A DNA stretch of 64,000 nucleotides from an archaeon (GTDB lineage: Archaea > Nanobdellota > Nanobdellia > SCGC-AAA011-G17 > GW2011-AR17): the NCBI GenBank assembly GCA_043825775.1, contig JBDRRK010000008.1, positions 61,978 to 125,977 on the forward strand, written 5' to 3'. This document shows, one piece after another, positions 39,436 through 49,044 of the stretch. The translations under genes and the position numbers were made by a program. Positions within the stretch are counted from its first letter, which is position 1, and each line of letters begins with the position of its first letter. The notes under the pieces were generated by a model, which saw only the letters and a list, made by a program, of their open reading frames with translations, was not told the origin of the DNA and ran no database searches.

Positions 39436-40137
39436 ATGGTAAATGTAGACAAAGCAATAATTGCAAGGATAAAGAAAGAAGGAGAGATCTTTGAGATTTT
39501 AGTAGATTGTGACAATGCTTTGGCTTATAGAGCAGGTACTATCGAGAGCCTAGATGATGTTCTTGCAACAAAAGATATATTTAAAGATGTAAAAAAAGGT
39601 GAAAAGGCATCAGAAACGGATATGCAGAAGTTGTTTCATACAACAGATGCTATTGAAGTTGCTAAAATCATTCTAAAAAAAGGTGATATACAATTAACTG
39701 CAGATTATAGAAATAATTTAAGAGAAGAAAAAAGAAAACAAATTATTTCTTTTATTCACAGAAATGCAGTTGATGCAAAAACAGGTTTTCCACATCCTCC
39801 ACAAAGAATTGAAGATGCAATCGAGCATTGTAAATGTAAGGTTGATGAATTTAAATCTGTTGATGCACAAGTTCAAGAAATTGTGAACAAAATTAGAGAA
39901 ATATTACCCATTAGATTTGAAGTTAGAGAATTACAAATAACTATTCCTGCTGCTTATACTGGGCAGGCTTATGGTGTTTTGAAAAAGTTTGGTAAGGTTT
40001 TAAAAGAAGATTGGTTGAATGATGGAAAGCTAAGTATGGTTTTAGAAATACCAGCTGGTTTGCAAGAGAATCTTGAAAATGAAATGAATGGTTTAACAAA
40101 AGGTGATGTTGATATTAAGATTTTAAAGAAAAAATAG
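39436..40137 (+). CDS. Ribosome maturation protein SDO1/SBDS homologue
   Basis: MVNVDKAIIARIKKEGEIFEILVDCDNALAYRAG is typical of the SBDS N-terminal FYSH domain. Conserved superoperon position. Confidence 0.8.
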   Translation: MVNVDKAIIARIKKEGEIFEILVDCDNALAYRAGTIESLDDVLATKDIFKDVKKGEKASETDMQKLFHTTDAIEVAKIILKKGDIQLTADYRNNLREEKRKQIISFIHRNAVDAKTGFPHPPQRIEDAIEHCKCKVDEFKSVDAQVQEIVNKIREILPIRFEVRELQITIPAAYTGQAYGVLKKFGKVLKEDWLNDGKLSMVLEIPAGLQENLENEMNGLTKGDVDIKILKKK

Positions 40138-40148
40138 GAGACAAAAAA

Positions 40149-40850
40149 ATGAGTAAATTATTAGTAGAAGACAAACAAATTGTGGTTCCAGGGGATATCC
40201 TAGCTGAAGGAATGGATTATCTACCATCATATGGAGCTACTAGAGACAATGATAAAATTGTTTCAATGCAAGTGGGATTGGCTAGTATTAATGGAAGAGT
40301 AATTAAAATTATTCCTCTAAGTGGAAGATATGTTCCAAAAAAAGACGACACAGTTATTGGTTATGTTAAGGATCTAACTTTTAGTTCTTGGTTTATTGAT
40401 GTAGGCTATGCTTATGATGGAAACTTAAACATGAAAGAAGCTACCTCTGATTTTATTGAAAGAGGAGCAAGTTTGAGTAAATATTTCAAACCAGGAGATA
40501 TATTAATAACAAAGATAGTTAATGTGACAAAAGAAAAAGCAATTGATCTATCAATGAAAGGACCAGGCTTAAGAAAAATAACTTCCGGAAAGGTTATTGA
40601 AATTACTCCTTCAAAGGTTCCAAGAGTTGTTGGAAAACAAGGAAGCATGATTTCAATGATTAAAGAGAAAACAGGTTGCTCAATATTTGCTGGTCAGAAT
40701 GGAAGAATTTGGATTAGTGGTGAGAATCCTGAAATGGAACTTGTTGCAACTAAGGCAATTAATTTGATTGATGAAAGGTCACATGTAACAGGCTTAACTG
40801 ATTTAGTTAAAGAGTTCTTAGACAGTAATGTTAAGGAGAATAAAAAATGA
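40149..40850 (+). CDS. rrp4: Exosome complex RNA-binding subunit Rrp4 (S1 + KH)
   Basis: N-terminal VVPGDILAEG, S1 and KH (GKQGSMISMIKEKTG) segments are present. Confidence 0.85.
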   Translation: MSKLLVEDKQIVVPGDILAEGMDYLPSYGATRDNDKIVSMQVGLASINGRVIKIIPLSGRYVPKKDDTVIGYVKDLTFSSWFIDVGYAYDGNLNMKEATSDFIERGASLSKYFKPGDILITKIVNVTKEKAIDLSMKGPGLRKITSGKVIEITPSKVPRVVGKQGSMISMIKEKTGCSIFAGQNGRIWISGENPEMELVATKAINLIDERSHVTGLTDLVKEFLDSNVKENKK

Positions 40851-41554
40851 AATATACAAAAAGGCATGATGGAAGGAAATTTGATGAAATTCGGCCTATA
40901 GAAGCTAAAGTTGGTGTTGTGAAAAATGCTTTAGGTTCTGCAATGTTTAAATGTGGAAAAACTATTGCAGTAGCTGCTGTTTATGGACCAAAAGAATTGT
41001 TTCCTAAACCTTTACAAGATCCTAATAAGGGTAAATTAAGATGTACATATAATATGATGGCTTTTTCAGGTGCTGGAGACAGAGTTAGACCTGGACCAAG
41101 CAGAAGGAGTAAGGAAATTGGTGTAGTAACTGAAAATGCATTAAATACTGTTTTAGATTTATCAGCATTTCCAAAAACAATTGTTGATGTACACATTGAA
41201 TTGATTCAAACAGATGCAGGAACAAGATGTGCAGGTATTACTGCTGCTGCAATGGCATTAGCTGATGCAGGATTTAGAATGAAAGATATGGTTGCTGCAG
41301 TTGCTTGTGGTGTTGTTGGTGGAACTCCTTTAGTAGACTTAGATAAAGTTGAAGAGGATTATGAACATGGTTCTGTTGATATACCAATCGCAATGATGCC
41401 AAGAACTGGAGAAATAACTTTACTTCAGTTAGATGGTGAAGTGGATAAAGAAGACTTAATGAAAGCTATTGAACTTGCTAAAGTTGGATGTATGCAAGTT
41501 TATGAAGTACAGAAAAAAGCCTTGAAAGCAAAATATGAGGGGGCAAAAAAATGA
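40847..41554 (+). CDS. rrp41: Exosome complex exonuclease Rrp41 (RNase PH family)
   Basis: RNase PH fold (…RHDGRKFDEIRPIEAKVGVV…DAGTRCAGITAA…). Translationally coupled to rrp4 and rrp42. Confidence 0.85.
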   Translation: MKYTKRHDGRKFDEIRPIEAKVGVVKNALGSAMFKCGKTIAVAAVYGPKELFPKPLQDPNKGKLRCTYNMMAFSGAGDRVRPGPSRRSKEIGVVTENALNTVLDLSAFPKTIVDVHIELIQTDAGTRCAGITAAAMALADAGFRMKDMVAAVACGVVGGTPLVDLDKVEEDYEHGSVDIPIAMMPRTGEITLLQLDGEVDKEDLMKAIELAKVGCMQVYEVQKKALKAKYEGAKK

Positions 41555-42321
41555 TATCAAAAGCATATATCCAAGATATTGTAAAAAAAGGATTTAGAGA
41601 AGATGGAAGAAAATTTGATGAATATAGGTCTATTGAAATTGAATATGGTATTTCTTCAAAATCTGCAGAAGGTAGTGCAAGAGTAAAAATTGGAGATACT
41701 GAAGTTGTTGCAGGAGTAAAAATGGATACTGGTAAGCCATATCCTGACAAACCTAATGAAGGTTCAATAATGGTTAATGTTGAATTAGTACCTTTAGCTT
41801 CTGAATTATATGAGGCTGGTCCTCCAGATATTAATGCAATTGAATTGTCAAGAGTTGTTGACAGAGGAATTAGAGAATGTCATGCAATTAACTTTGAAAA
41901 ATTGTGCATTGAAGAAGGAGAAAAAGTTTGGATGATTTTCATAGACATCTATCCAATAAATGCAGATGGTAATTTAGCAGATGCTTGTGCATTAGCTGCT
42001 ATGGCTGCTTTGAAAGATGCAAAGTTTCCAACATTAACTGATGGAATTGTTGATTATAAAACAAAAACCAATAATCCATTACCTCTACAAAAAGATCCAG
42101 TAGAGTGTACAGTATGGAAAGTAGCTGATAATTTTTTAATAGACCCAACTATTGATGAAGAATTCGCATCTGATGCAAGATTAACCTTTGCTTTCACTAA
42201 TGAAGGTAAAATTGCTGCTATGCAAAAGGGTGGACAGAGTCCATTAACTGCAGAAGACATTGATAGGATGGCTATACTTGCTGCTAAAAAAACAGAAGAG
42301 TTAAGGAGTAAACTGAAATAA
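41551..42321 (+). CDS. rrp42: Exosome complex subunit Rrp42 (inactive RNase PH-like)
   Basis: …[18 protein letters not shown]… RNase PH-like. Follows rrp41. Confidence 0.85.
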   Translation: MISKAYIQDIVKKGFREDGRKFDEYRSIEIEYGISSKSAEGSARVKIGDTEVVAGVKMDTGKPYPDKPNEGSIMVNVELVPLASELYEAGPPDINAIELSRVVDRGIRECHAINFEKLCIEEGEKVWMIFIDIYPINADGNLADACALAAMAALKDAKFPTLTDGIVDYKTKTNNPLPLQKDPVECTVWKVADNFLIDPTIDEEFASDARLTFAFTNEGKIAAMQKGGQSPLTAEDIDRMAILAAKKTEELRSKLK

Positions 42322-42530
42322 TGGAAAAACTAACAAAATACGAAAAAGCTAGAATAATTGGTGCAAGGGCATTGCAAATTGCTATGGGTGCTCCAATCTT
42401 GTTAAAGATGAAAAAAGCGGATTTTGAAGCTTTGAGGTTTAATCCAATAGAGATTGCAAAGGAAGAGTTTGACAAAGATATATTGCCCTTAACAATAAGA
42501 AGACCTTTACCTGATAAATTAGGTAAATAA
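42321..42530 (+). CDS. rpoK: DNA-directed RNA polymerase subunit K (Rpo6/Rpb6 homologue)
   Basis: [21 protein letters not shown] is the Rpb6/RpoK signature. 69 aa. Confidence 0.8.
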   Translation: MEKLTKYEKARIIGARALQIAMGAPILLKMKKADFEALRFNPIEIAKEEFDKDILPLTIRRPLPDKLGK

Positions 42531-43160
42531 TTATTTTTTTCTTTTCTTAATTTTAGATAATTTTTTCTTAAATTCTTCTATTTCTTTTTTAGCTTTATAA
42601 GAAATCTTTTCGTGTTCTAAAGGAAATTTTTTTACTTTTTTACCCCATTTATCAAAATAACAGAAATATTTTATTTGATCTCTTATTTGTTCTGCTTTCA
42701 TATCTTGAGAATATCCTAAAGTTATTATTATTTCTGGGTCAATATCGTCAGGAATTTCTAATAATTGTTGTACTTTTTCATTGTCAAATGCTCCAACCCA
42801 ACATGAGCCTAAACCTAAATCATAAGCTGCTAATTGGATTGCATATGCTACATTTGCACAGTTTTGTATTGAATACATCTTTCCCAATTCAGCATAGTGA
42901 TCCTTAACTGTTTTGTAATCATTGCAGATAACTATGTATATTGGTGCTTCAACCATCCAATATTGTTCTAATGCTGCTTCTGCTAATTGTTGTCTCATTT
43001 CTGAGTCTGTAACTATAACAAATTTCCAGTTTTGTAAATTTCCAGAAGAAGGTGCATGTTTTGCTAAATCAAGAATCTCACCTACTAAAGATAATGGAAC
43101 TTTTTTATCTTTATACCTTCTAATTGATCTTCTTCCCCGAATAGTATCTTCAAAATGCAT
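42531..43160 (-). CDS. Nitroreductase family protein
   Basis: RRSIRRY…APSSGNLQNWKFVIV is typical of NADH/FMN nitroreductase. Confidence 0.7.
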   Translation of the reverse strand: MHFEDTIRGRRSIRRYKDKKVPLSLVGEILDLAKHAPSSGNLQNWKFVIVTDSEMRQQLAEAALEQYWMVEAPIYIVICNDYKTVKDHYAELGKMYSIQNCANVAYAIQLAAYDLGLGSCWVGAFDNEKVQQLLEIPDDIDPEIIITLGYSQDMKAEQIRDQIKYFCYFDKWGKKVKKFPLEHEKISYKAKKEIEEFKKKLSKIKKRKK

Positions 43161-43195
43161 ATTTTAATTATATCTCAGAAAGTATTTAAAGGTTT

Positions 43196-44068
43196 TTATG
43201 GATTTTGAATTGCTTCTTTAAGTTGTTGTGCACTTGCATTTTCTTGTTTTTTTGCAACTTTAACTGCTTGTTTTGCTTGATTTACCCTATTTTTTATATC
43301 TTTTTCTAAATTATCAAGTTGTGAACTCAATTGGCTAATATTATTTAAAAATTGTTTTCTTTCATCCTGCATCTGTCTTGCTTCTATTTCAAGTGATTGT
43401 AATTCTGTTAATTTCTGTACAAAATTATCTAGTGTATCTTGAGGATTTGTCTCTTGTATTGCTAAATCAATATCATACATTGCTTTGGGTATTAATGCCT
43501 CTATCTCTGCAACCTTTTTTCTAATATTATCTACATCTTGTTGATCATTAAGCTCCATTGATTGTAAGGTCATTAAAAGACTATTATATTTACCAATTTT
43601 TTCAGAAACATTATTCTTTACAGGATTTACTATATGTGCGTAATCCAACCCATTTAAAGAGTTTTGTTCTTTTTCAAGATCTGAAAGATTGGATATTGTT
43701 TTTCTTTTTAGTAAAGATATTGTTTTTCTGTCTTCATTTAAACTTTTTCTTAAAGACTGTACATTAGAGTCAATTTTTTTTATTCCTTCTTTATATACCT
43801 TTAATGAATTTGTATCAACTTTTGATGGAGGTTTCTCTATTTTTCCAGAAGGCCTTACAAATTCTGCATGACCTAATCCTTCTAAAATACTTGAAGTGGT
43901 ATTACTAATACTGGAAAAAAATCCATCCTCTCTTTTAGATCTTCTAATTTCAAGTTTTGCAAGTCGGCTAACACTTCTACCTACCCTTGTAAAAAAACCC
44001 CAGAATATTATAAATGCAATAAATATTACAATAAAAATTAATATATTACTGACAAAACTTGAGGCCAT
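43196..44068 (-). CDS. Membrane-anchored coiled-coil protein, function unknown
   Basis: N-terminal TM (ILIFIVIFIAFIIFWGFF), then about 240 aa of heptad-like Q/E/K/L-rich sequence. Confidence 0.4.
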   Translation of the reverse strand: MASSFVSNILIFIVIFIAFIIFWGFFTRVGRSVSRLAKLEIRRSKREDGFFSSISNTTSSILEGLGHAEFVRPSGKIEKPPSKVDTNSLKVYKEGIKKIDSNVQSLRKSLNEDRKTISLLKRKTISNLSDLEKEQNSLNGLDYAHIVNPVKNNVSEKIGKYNSLLMTLQSMELNDQQDVDNIRKKVAEIEALIPKAMYDIDLAIQETNPQDTLDNFVQKLTELQSLEIEARQMQDERKQFLNNISQLSSQLDNLEKDIKNRVNQAKQAVKVAKKQENASAQQLKEAIQNP

Positions 44069-44106
44069 AACAAGTTTTAAATACCTCTTGATTTATAATT
44101 ATTTCT

Positions 44107-45870
44107 ATGAAATACGCAGATTTAGTTAGTATTTATCTAGCTTTAGAAAAGACAAGTAAAAGACTAGAAAAGACTTACATAATCTCTGAATTTTTAAAAA
44201 AAGTGCCTAAAGGAGATATAAGAGAGGTAATTTATTTGCTTCAGGGCAAGGTATTTGCTCCTTGGGATGATAGAAAATTAGGAATGAGTTCTAGACTATT
44301 GGTTAAAGTTATTGCACAATCAACTGGTAATTCCACTCAAAAGATTGAGAAGATGTGGAGTAAAAAAGGAGATTTAGGAAAGGTTGCTGAAGAGATGATG
44401 GAAAATAAGAAGCAAAAAACATTATTTTCAACTTCATTGACTCTAAGGAAAGTTGTGGATAATATTTCTAAATTGTCTGAGATGGAAGGACAGGGAACTG
44501 TGAATAGAAAAGTAGGGTTGATATCTGAGTTATTAAGTGGTGCTACAAAAGATGAAGCAAGGTTTATTATCAGAACTGTTTTAGAGGATTTAAGAACTGG
44601 TGTTGGGGATGGAACAATAAGAGATGCTATTGTTTGGGCCTTTAATCCTGAAATTGTTAAAGAATTATTTGAAATTGGAGAAAATGTTGAACAGAAGAAG
44701 AAAATAAAAGAGGATGCAAGAGAAAGATATAATAAAATACTTAGTGAAGTGCAAGATGCTTTTGATGTTACTAATGATTTTGGTTTGATTATTGAAAGAA
44801 TGCAAGAGAAAGGAATGGATGGTTTGAAAGGTTTAGATATGATTGTTGGTAAGCCCATTAAAGTTATGTTGTATCAAAAAGCAAAAGATATTGAAGATGG
44901 TTTTAATATTGTTGGTAAACCAGCTATGATTGAGCCTAAAATTGATGGTTTTCGTATGCAAATACATAGGAATAAAGAGGAAATAAGATGTTTTACAAGG
45001 AGATTGGAAGATGTTTCTAAACAATTTCCAGATGTTATTAAATTAGTAAAAACACATGTTCGTTCTAAAGATTATATACTAGATTGTGAAATATTAGGTA
45101 TAGACCCTGAAACAAAAAGAGCTATTCCTTTTCAAAATATTTCTCAAAGGATTAAGAGAAAGTATGATATTGAAAAAATGATTAAAACACTCCCTGTAGT
45201 AATTAATATTTTTGATATTATTGAATTGAATGGAGAGAACTTACTTTCTAAAGAATTTGAATATAGAAGAAAGAAGCTTAATGCAATTATAAAATCAGAA
45301 AAGGGTAAAATAGAATTAATTGAGCAGTTAATAACTTCTGATGTAAAGAAAGCTGAAAAGTATTATCAAGATTGTTTACAGAAAGGACATGAAGGAATAA
45401 TGATGAAAAATACCAAAGGAATTTATAAACCTGGAAGTAGAGTTGGTTATGGTGTTAAAGTAAAGCCAGTTATGGAATCTTTAGATCTTGTAATTACAAA
45501 AGCTGAATGGGGTGAAGGTAAAAGATCTAAATGGTTAAGTTCGTTTACACTTGCTTGTAGAAGTGATGATAAGTTATTAGAAATTGGTAAGGTTGGAACT
45601 GGGATTAAAGAGAAGACTGAAGAAGGAGTTAGTTTTCAAGAACTTACTGATGAATTAAAACCTTTAATTATTGAAGAGCATGGTAAAAGTATTAGTGTAA
45701 AACCTAGGTTAGTTGTTGAAATTAACTTTGAGGAGATACAAAAGAGTCCAAGTTATAATTCCGGATATGCTTTAAGGTTCCCAAGAGTGATTAGATTAAG
45801 GGAAGATAAAGGGGTTAGAGATATTAGCACTTTAAAAGAAATTGAAAGGTTTTATCGAGAGCAAAAATAG
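44107..45870 (+). CDS. lig: ATP-dependent DNA ligase
   Basis: Adenylation motif I EPKIDGFR (KxDG) is present. Archaeal/eukaryotic ligase length (587 aa). Motifs EGIMMK and C-terminal OB domain are present. Confidence 0.9.
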   Translation: MKYADLVSIYLALEKTSKRLEKTYIISEFLKKVPKGDIREVIYLLQGKVFAPWDDRKLGMSSRLLVKVIAQSTGNSTQKIEKMWSKKGDLGKVAEEMMENKKQKTLFSTSLTLRKVVDNISKLSEMEGQGTVNRKVGLISELLSGATKDEARFIIRTVLEDLRTGVGDGTIRDAIVWAFNPEIVKELFEIGENVEQKKKIKEDARERYNKILSEVQDAFDVTNDFGLIIERMQEKGMDGLKGLDMIVGKPIKVMLYQKAKDIEDGFNIVGKPAMIEPKIDGFRMQIHRNKEEIRCFTRRLEDVSKQFPDVIKLVKTHVRSKDYILDCEILGIDPETKRAIPFQNISQRIKRKYDIEKMIKTLPVVINIFDIIELNGENLLSKEFEYRRKKLNAIIKSEKGKIELIEQLITSDVKKAEKYYQDCLQKGHEGIMMKNTKGIYKPGSRVGYGVKVKPVMESLDLVITKAEWGEGKRSKWLSSFTLACRSDDKLLEIGKVGTGIKEKTEEGVSFQELTDELKPLIIEEHGKSISVKPRLVVEINFEEIQKSPSYNSGYALRFPRVIRLREDKGVRDISTLKEIERFYREQK

Positions 45871-45964
45871 ATTTTCATCTGAGGTTTGGATGAATTTTCC
45901 TTATTTTAAGTGGTAAAAAATAGATAGGTTTAAATATGAGTTTTCATTCTCCAGATATAGTTGT

Positions 45965-46834
45965 GTGTTACAACTGAAAAGAGGGGTTTTCCCAAGAGGA
46001 GGGATTTATATGATTGTCAAAGAAGACTTTTTAAACAATTTAAGGCAACTATTCAGCTTAAATTTATATGAAGTAAAAATTTGGACTGCTTTGTTGTCAA
46101 GAGGAATTTCTACTGCTGGTGAACTATCTGAAATAGGTGATGTTCCAAGAAGTAGGGCATATGATATTCTTGAGAGTTTAGAGAAAAAAGGATTTATTGT
46201 AATGAAGTTAGGTAAACCAATTAATTATATTGCAGTTGAACCTCAAGAAGTTCTTGAAAGAGCAAAAAAACTTGTAAATAAAAATGCAAAAGATCAAGTT
46301 AAGAAATTGGATAGTTTGAAAGGTGGAGAACTATTGAAAGAACTAGATTTGTTGCATAAACAAGGTGTAGAATTTATTGAACCAAGTGATTTAAGTGGAG
46401 CTCTAAGAGGTAGACATAATATTTATACACATATGGAAACTTTAGTAAAAAATGCAAAACAATCTGTTTATATTATGACTTCATCTAAAGGTATGGTTAG
46501 AAAAGTTGAAGCAATGAAACCAGTATTGCAAGCACTTGCTAAGAAAGGAGTTGATATTAGAATTGCAGCTCCAATTGATAAAGAAGATATGGAAGTTGCT
46601 AAAGAGTTAATGGAGTTTTCTAAAGTTAGACATACTGATAAGGTTAATGCTAGATTTTGTGTTGTAGACAACAAAGAATTGATGTTTATGGTAACAGATG
46701 ATAAAGAAGTACATCCAAGCTATGATATTGGAGTTTGGGTAACTACTCCTTTCTTTGCAGAAGCTCTTGGAAATATGTATGATATTTCCTGGAAAAACAT
46801 GAAAGATGCAAATACTAAAGTGAAAACCTTATAA
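45965..46834 (+). CDS. TrmB-family transcriptional regulator (winged HTH), putative
   Basis: YEVKIWTALLSRGISTAGELSEIGDVPRSRAYDILESLEKKGFI is a TrmB-type wHTH. The true start may be the internal Met at 46010. Confidence 0.55.
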   Translation: MLQLKRGVFPRGGIYMIVKEDFLNNLRQLFSLNLYEVKIWTALLSRGISTAGELSEIGDVPRSRAYDILESLEKKGFIVMKLGKPINYIAVEPQEVLERAKKLVNKNAKDQVKKLDSLKGGELLKELDLLHKQGVEFIEPSDLSGALRGRHNIYTHMETLVKNAKQSVYIMTSSKGMVRKVEAMKPVLQALAKKGVDIRIAAPIDKEDMEVAKELMEFSKVRHTDKVNARFCVVDNKELMFMVTDDKEVHPSYDIGVWVTTPFFAEALGNMYDISWKNMKDANTKVKTL

Positions 46835-46857
46835 ATTTCTTTTTCTTCTTAATTTAT

Positions 46858-47745
46858 ATGAAAGTAAATAATTATTTCTTTGCAGGATTAGATTTTATAT
46901 TTGATAAAAATGATAATATATGGTTTTTAGAAGCAAACTATGCTCCACATGGTGCTAAGAATATTAAAAAAACTAGTGGTAAGGAAGAGATTACTAAAGA
47001 AATTGCAAGATTAATGAATAAAGATAAAGGTGAAAAGTGTGTTTTGGTCTCTAGAAGCTTAACTGGTAAAGAAGAGGGAGAGAATAGTGCCTGGTTTGCA
47101 TTGGAACTAGCTAAATATGTAAAAAATTTAAGATTATGTTATTGTGATGAAAATCAAAATAGAAAAGGTAAAATGAAAGATATTAATGGGAATTTTTTTA
47201 GTCCAAGTATTATTTTTAGGTATAATAGACCTTTAACAAGTGCTTTTGAGAAAAAAGCATTGGTTATTAATTCTAATAAGGTTAGAAATTTAGTTAATAA
47301 TAAGATGTTGACCTTAAAAGTTGTTAGAGAGAATACAAAGGTTAATGTTCCAAAAACATTTTATGTTAAAGATACAAAAGAATTGAAAGAGTTGATTTCT
47401 GTTAATAGGGATGTGTTTAAAGAGGGTTATGTTGTAAAACCCATTGACCAAAGTCAAGGAAGAGGGGTTTATGTACTGAAAAAAGGAGAAAGAGTCCCGC
47501 AAATTAAAGAAAAAGAAATTGTTGAAGAGAGAATTGTTCCTAAATTGTTACATCAACATTATTGGGACGTTAGAGTGTTTGTGATAAATGGCAAGTACAT
47601 AGGTGGGGAAATGCGTAAGTCTAGAACAAGGGTTACTAATGTTTCTAGAGGTGGAAAACCTTCAAAATTACCAAAAAAACTACATGATAGATTGAAAAAA
47701 CCAGCCCTAGAAATTGTTAAAGCTATTGATAGGTATTGTGAATAA
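46858..47745 (+). CDS. ATP-grasp-like protein (RimK/GshB-type motifs in apparently permuted order)
   Basis: YVVKPIDQSQGRGVYVLK, DVRVFVING and NVSRGGK are central ATP-grasp motifs. The usual C-terminal …iwFLEANyaPhG strand-motif occurs at the N-terminus (residues 11–33). Confidence 0.45.
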   Translation: MKVNNYFFAGLDFIFDKNDNIWFLEANYAPHGAKNIKKTSGKEEITKEIARLMNKDKGEKCVLVSRSLTGKEEGENSAWFALELAKYVKNLRLCYCDENQNRKGKMKDINGNFFSPSIIFRYNRPLTSAFEKKALVINSNKVRNLVNNKMLTLKVVRENTKVNVPKTFYVKDTKELKELISVNRDVFKEGYVVKPIDQSQGRGVYVLKKGERVPQIKEKEIVEERIVPKLLHQHYWDVRVFVINGKYIGGEMRKSRTRVTNVSRGGKPSKLPKKLHDRLKKPALEIVKAIDRYCE

Positions 47746-48760
47746 TTATAGACCTTTGTTTAATCACTTCTGATTTTAATTGTTTTAACTTTGCAGCTTC
47801 TGTTTTTGGCCTTGGAGCAAATTTGGATGTGTTTAGTACTTCTGGTTTAATTTCTTTTATAAGATTTAGAGTTGCTTGAAAATCTAATTTACTTTCTGTG
47901 GGATAGCCAAGAATAATATCTGTTAAAATATGAATCTCTGGTATTTCTTTTCTAAATGTCTTTACTATTTTTTTGAATTGTTCTACTGTGTATTTTCTTT
48001 TCATTTCCTTTAGAACTTTATTTGATCCTGATTGTACTGGAATATGTAAAATTTTAATTATTCTATCAGATTTGTAAACTTCTATTAATTCATTTAGGAT
48101 AGGCAGAACATGTTCTGGATTCGCCATTCCCATTTTTACTTTAAAATTTCCTCCAAGGGATATTATTTTTTTTAGTAAAGATATTATATTTGTGTTAATA
48201 TCTTTTCCATAACAACCACAATCTTGAGATGTTAAATGTATTATTTTGTAATCCTTTACTTGCTCTATTTCTTTTAATATTTCTTCTTCTGTATAGGACT
48301 TTAATGACCCTCTTGCAAATTTTACACTACAATAAGCACAGTTTCCTAAGCATCCTTGAGAGATAGGAATAATTGCAATGTCTTTAGAGCTTCTGACTAG
48401 GGGAATATTTAATCTATTTTCCTTTTGGGTTGAAAAGTTTTCTAGAAGATTATCTTTTATTTGTGAAGCTATTTTTGTTATTGTGTTTGTGTCAAAAAAA
48501 CCTTTAACTTTAGGAGTTAATTCCTTTAAATCTATCATTTTTGGTAAACAACCACCAACATAGACTGGCTTTTTATGCTGATTTATGTAAGAGATTACTC
48601 TATTTTGAGTTCTGGATTTGACTCCACAAGTATTTACTATTATTATATCAGCTTTTTTTTCTTCTGTAAGTTCAAATCCTTGTTCTTTTAGAATTCCTTC
48701 TATATTTTCTGAATCCCTTTTGTTTAATGCACAGCCAAAGGTTTTTACGAATACTTTCAT
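47723..48760 (-). CDS. Radical SAM methylthiotransferase (MiaB/MtaB/RimO family)
   Basis: MTTase N-terminal domain (MKVFVKTFGCALNKRDSE…). Radical SAM motif CLGNCAYCSV is present. Short (345 aa). Confidence 0.7.
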   Translation of the reverse strand: MKVFVKTFGCALNKRDSENIEGILKEQGFELTEEKKADIIIVNTCGVKSRTQNRVISYINQHKKPVYVGGCLPKMIDLKELTPKVKGFFDTNTITKIASQIKDNLLENFSTQKENRLNIPLVRSSKDIAIIPISQGCLGNCAYCSVKFARGSLKSYTEEEILKEIEQVKDYKIIHLTSQDCGCYGKDINTNIISLLKKIISLGGNFKVKMGMANPEHVLPILNELIEVYKSDRIIKILHIPVQSGSNKVLKEMKRKYTVEQFKKIVKTFRKEIPEIHILTDIILGYPTESKLDFQATLNLIKEIKPEVLNTSKFAPRPKTEAAKLKQLKSEVIKQRSIIIHNTYQ

Positions 48761-48807
48761 GAGGGTATGTTCTTGAGTGTATATTTAAAAAAGTTTGGGG
48801 CGAAAGA

Positions 48808-48817
48808 TTTATAAATA
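48808..48817 (+). promoter_or_regulatory. Putative TATA box upstream of the Tfx-like regulator and giant surface protein gene
   Basis: tttataaata lies about 36 nt upstream of the 48853 ATG. Confidence 0.3.
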
Positions 48818-48852
48818 ATGATATAAGTATTATAAGTTATATTACTTATACT

Positions 48853-49044
48853 ATGAGTCTGACAAAGAAAGAATTGGAAGTATTGGAGTTAAAGAAAAAA
48901 GGGTTTACTCAGATTCAAATAGCTAAGAAGCTGAATATTTCACAGCCAGCTGTTTCTTCATTTTATAGAAATGCAATGTTGAAGATTAAGGATAGTTATG
49001 AAACTGTAAAGCTAGCAAAAAAACTTAGGATAAAAGATGAATAG
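48853..49044 (+). CDS. Tfx-like / sigma70-region-4-type HTH DNA-binding protein
   Basis: LTKKELEVLELKKKGFTQIQIAKKLNISQPAVSSF is a LuxR/Tfx-type HTH. Overlaps the start of the giant ORF by 8 nt. Confidence 0.5.
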   Translation: MSLTKKELEVLELKKKGFTQIQIAKKLNISQPAVSSFYRNAMLKIKDSYETVKLAKKLRIKDE

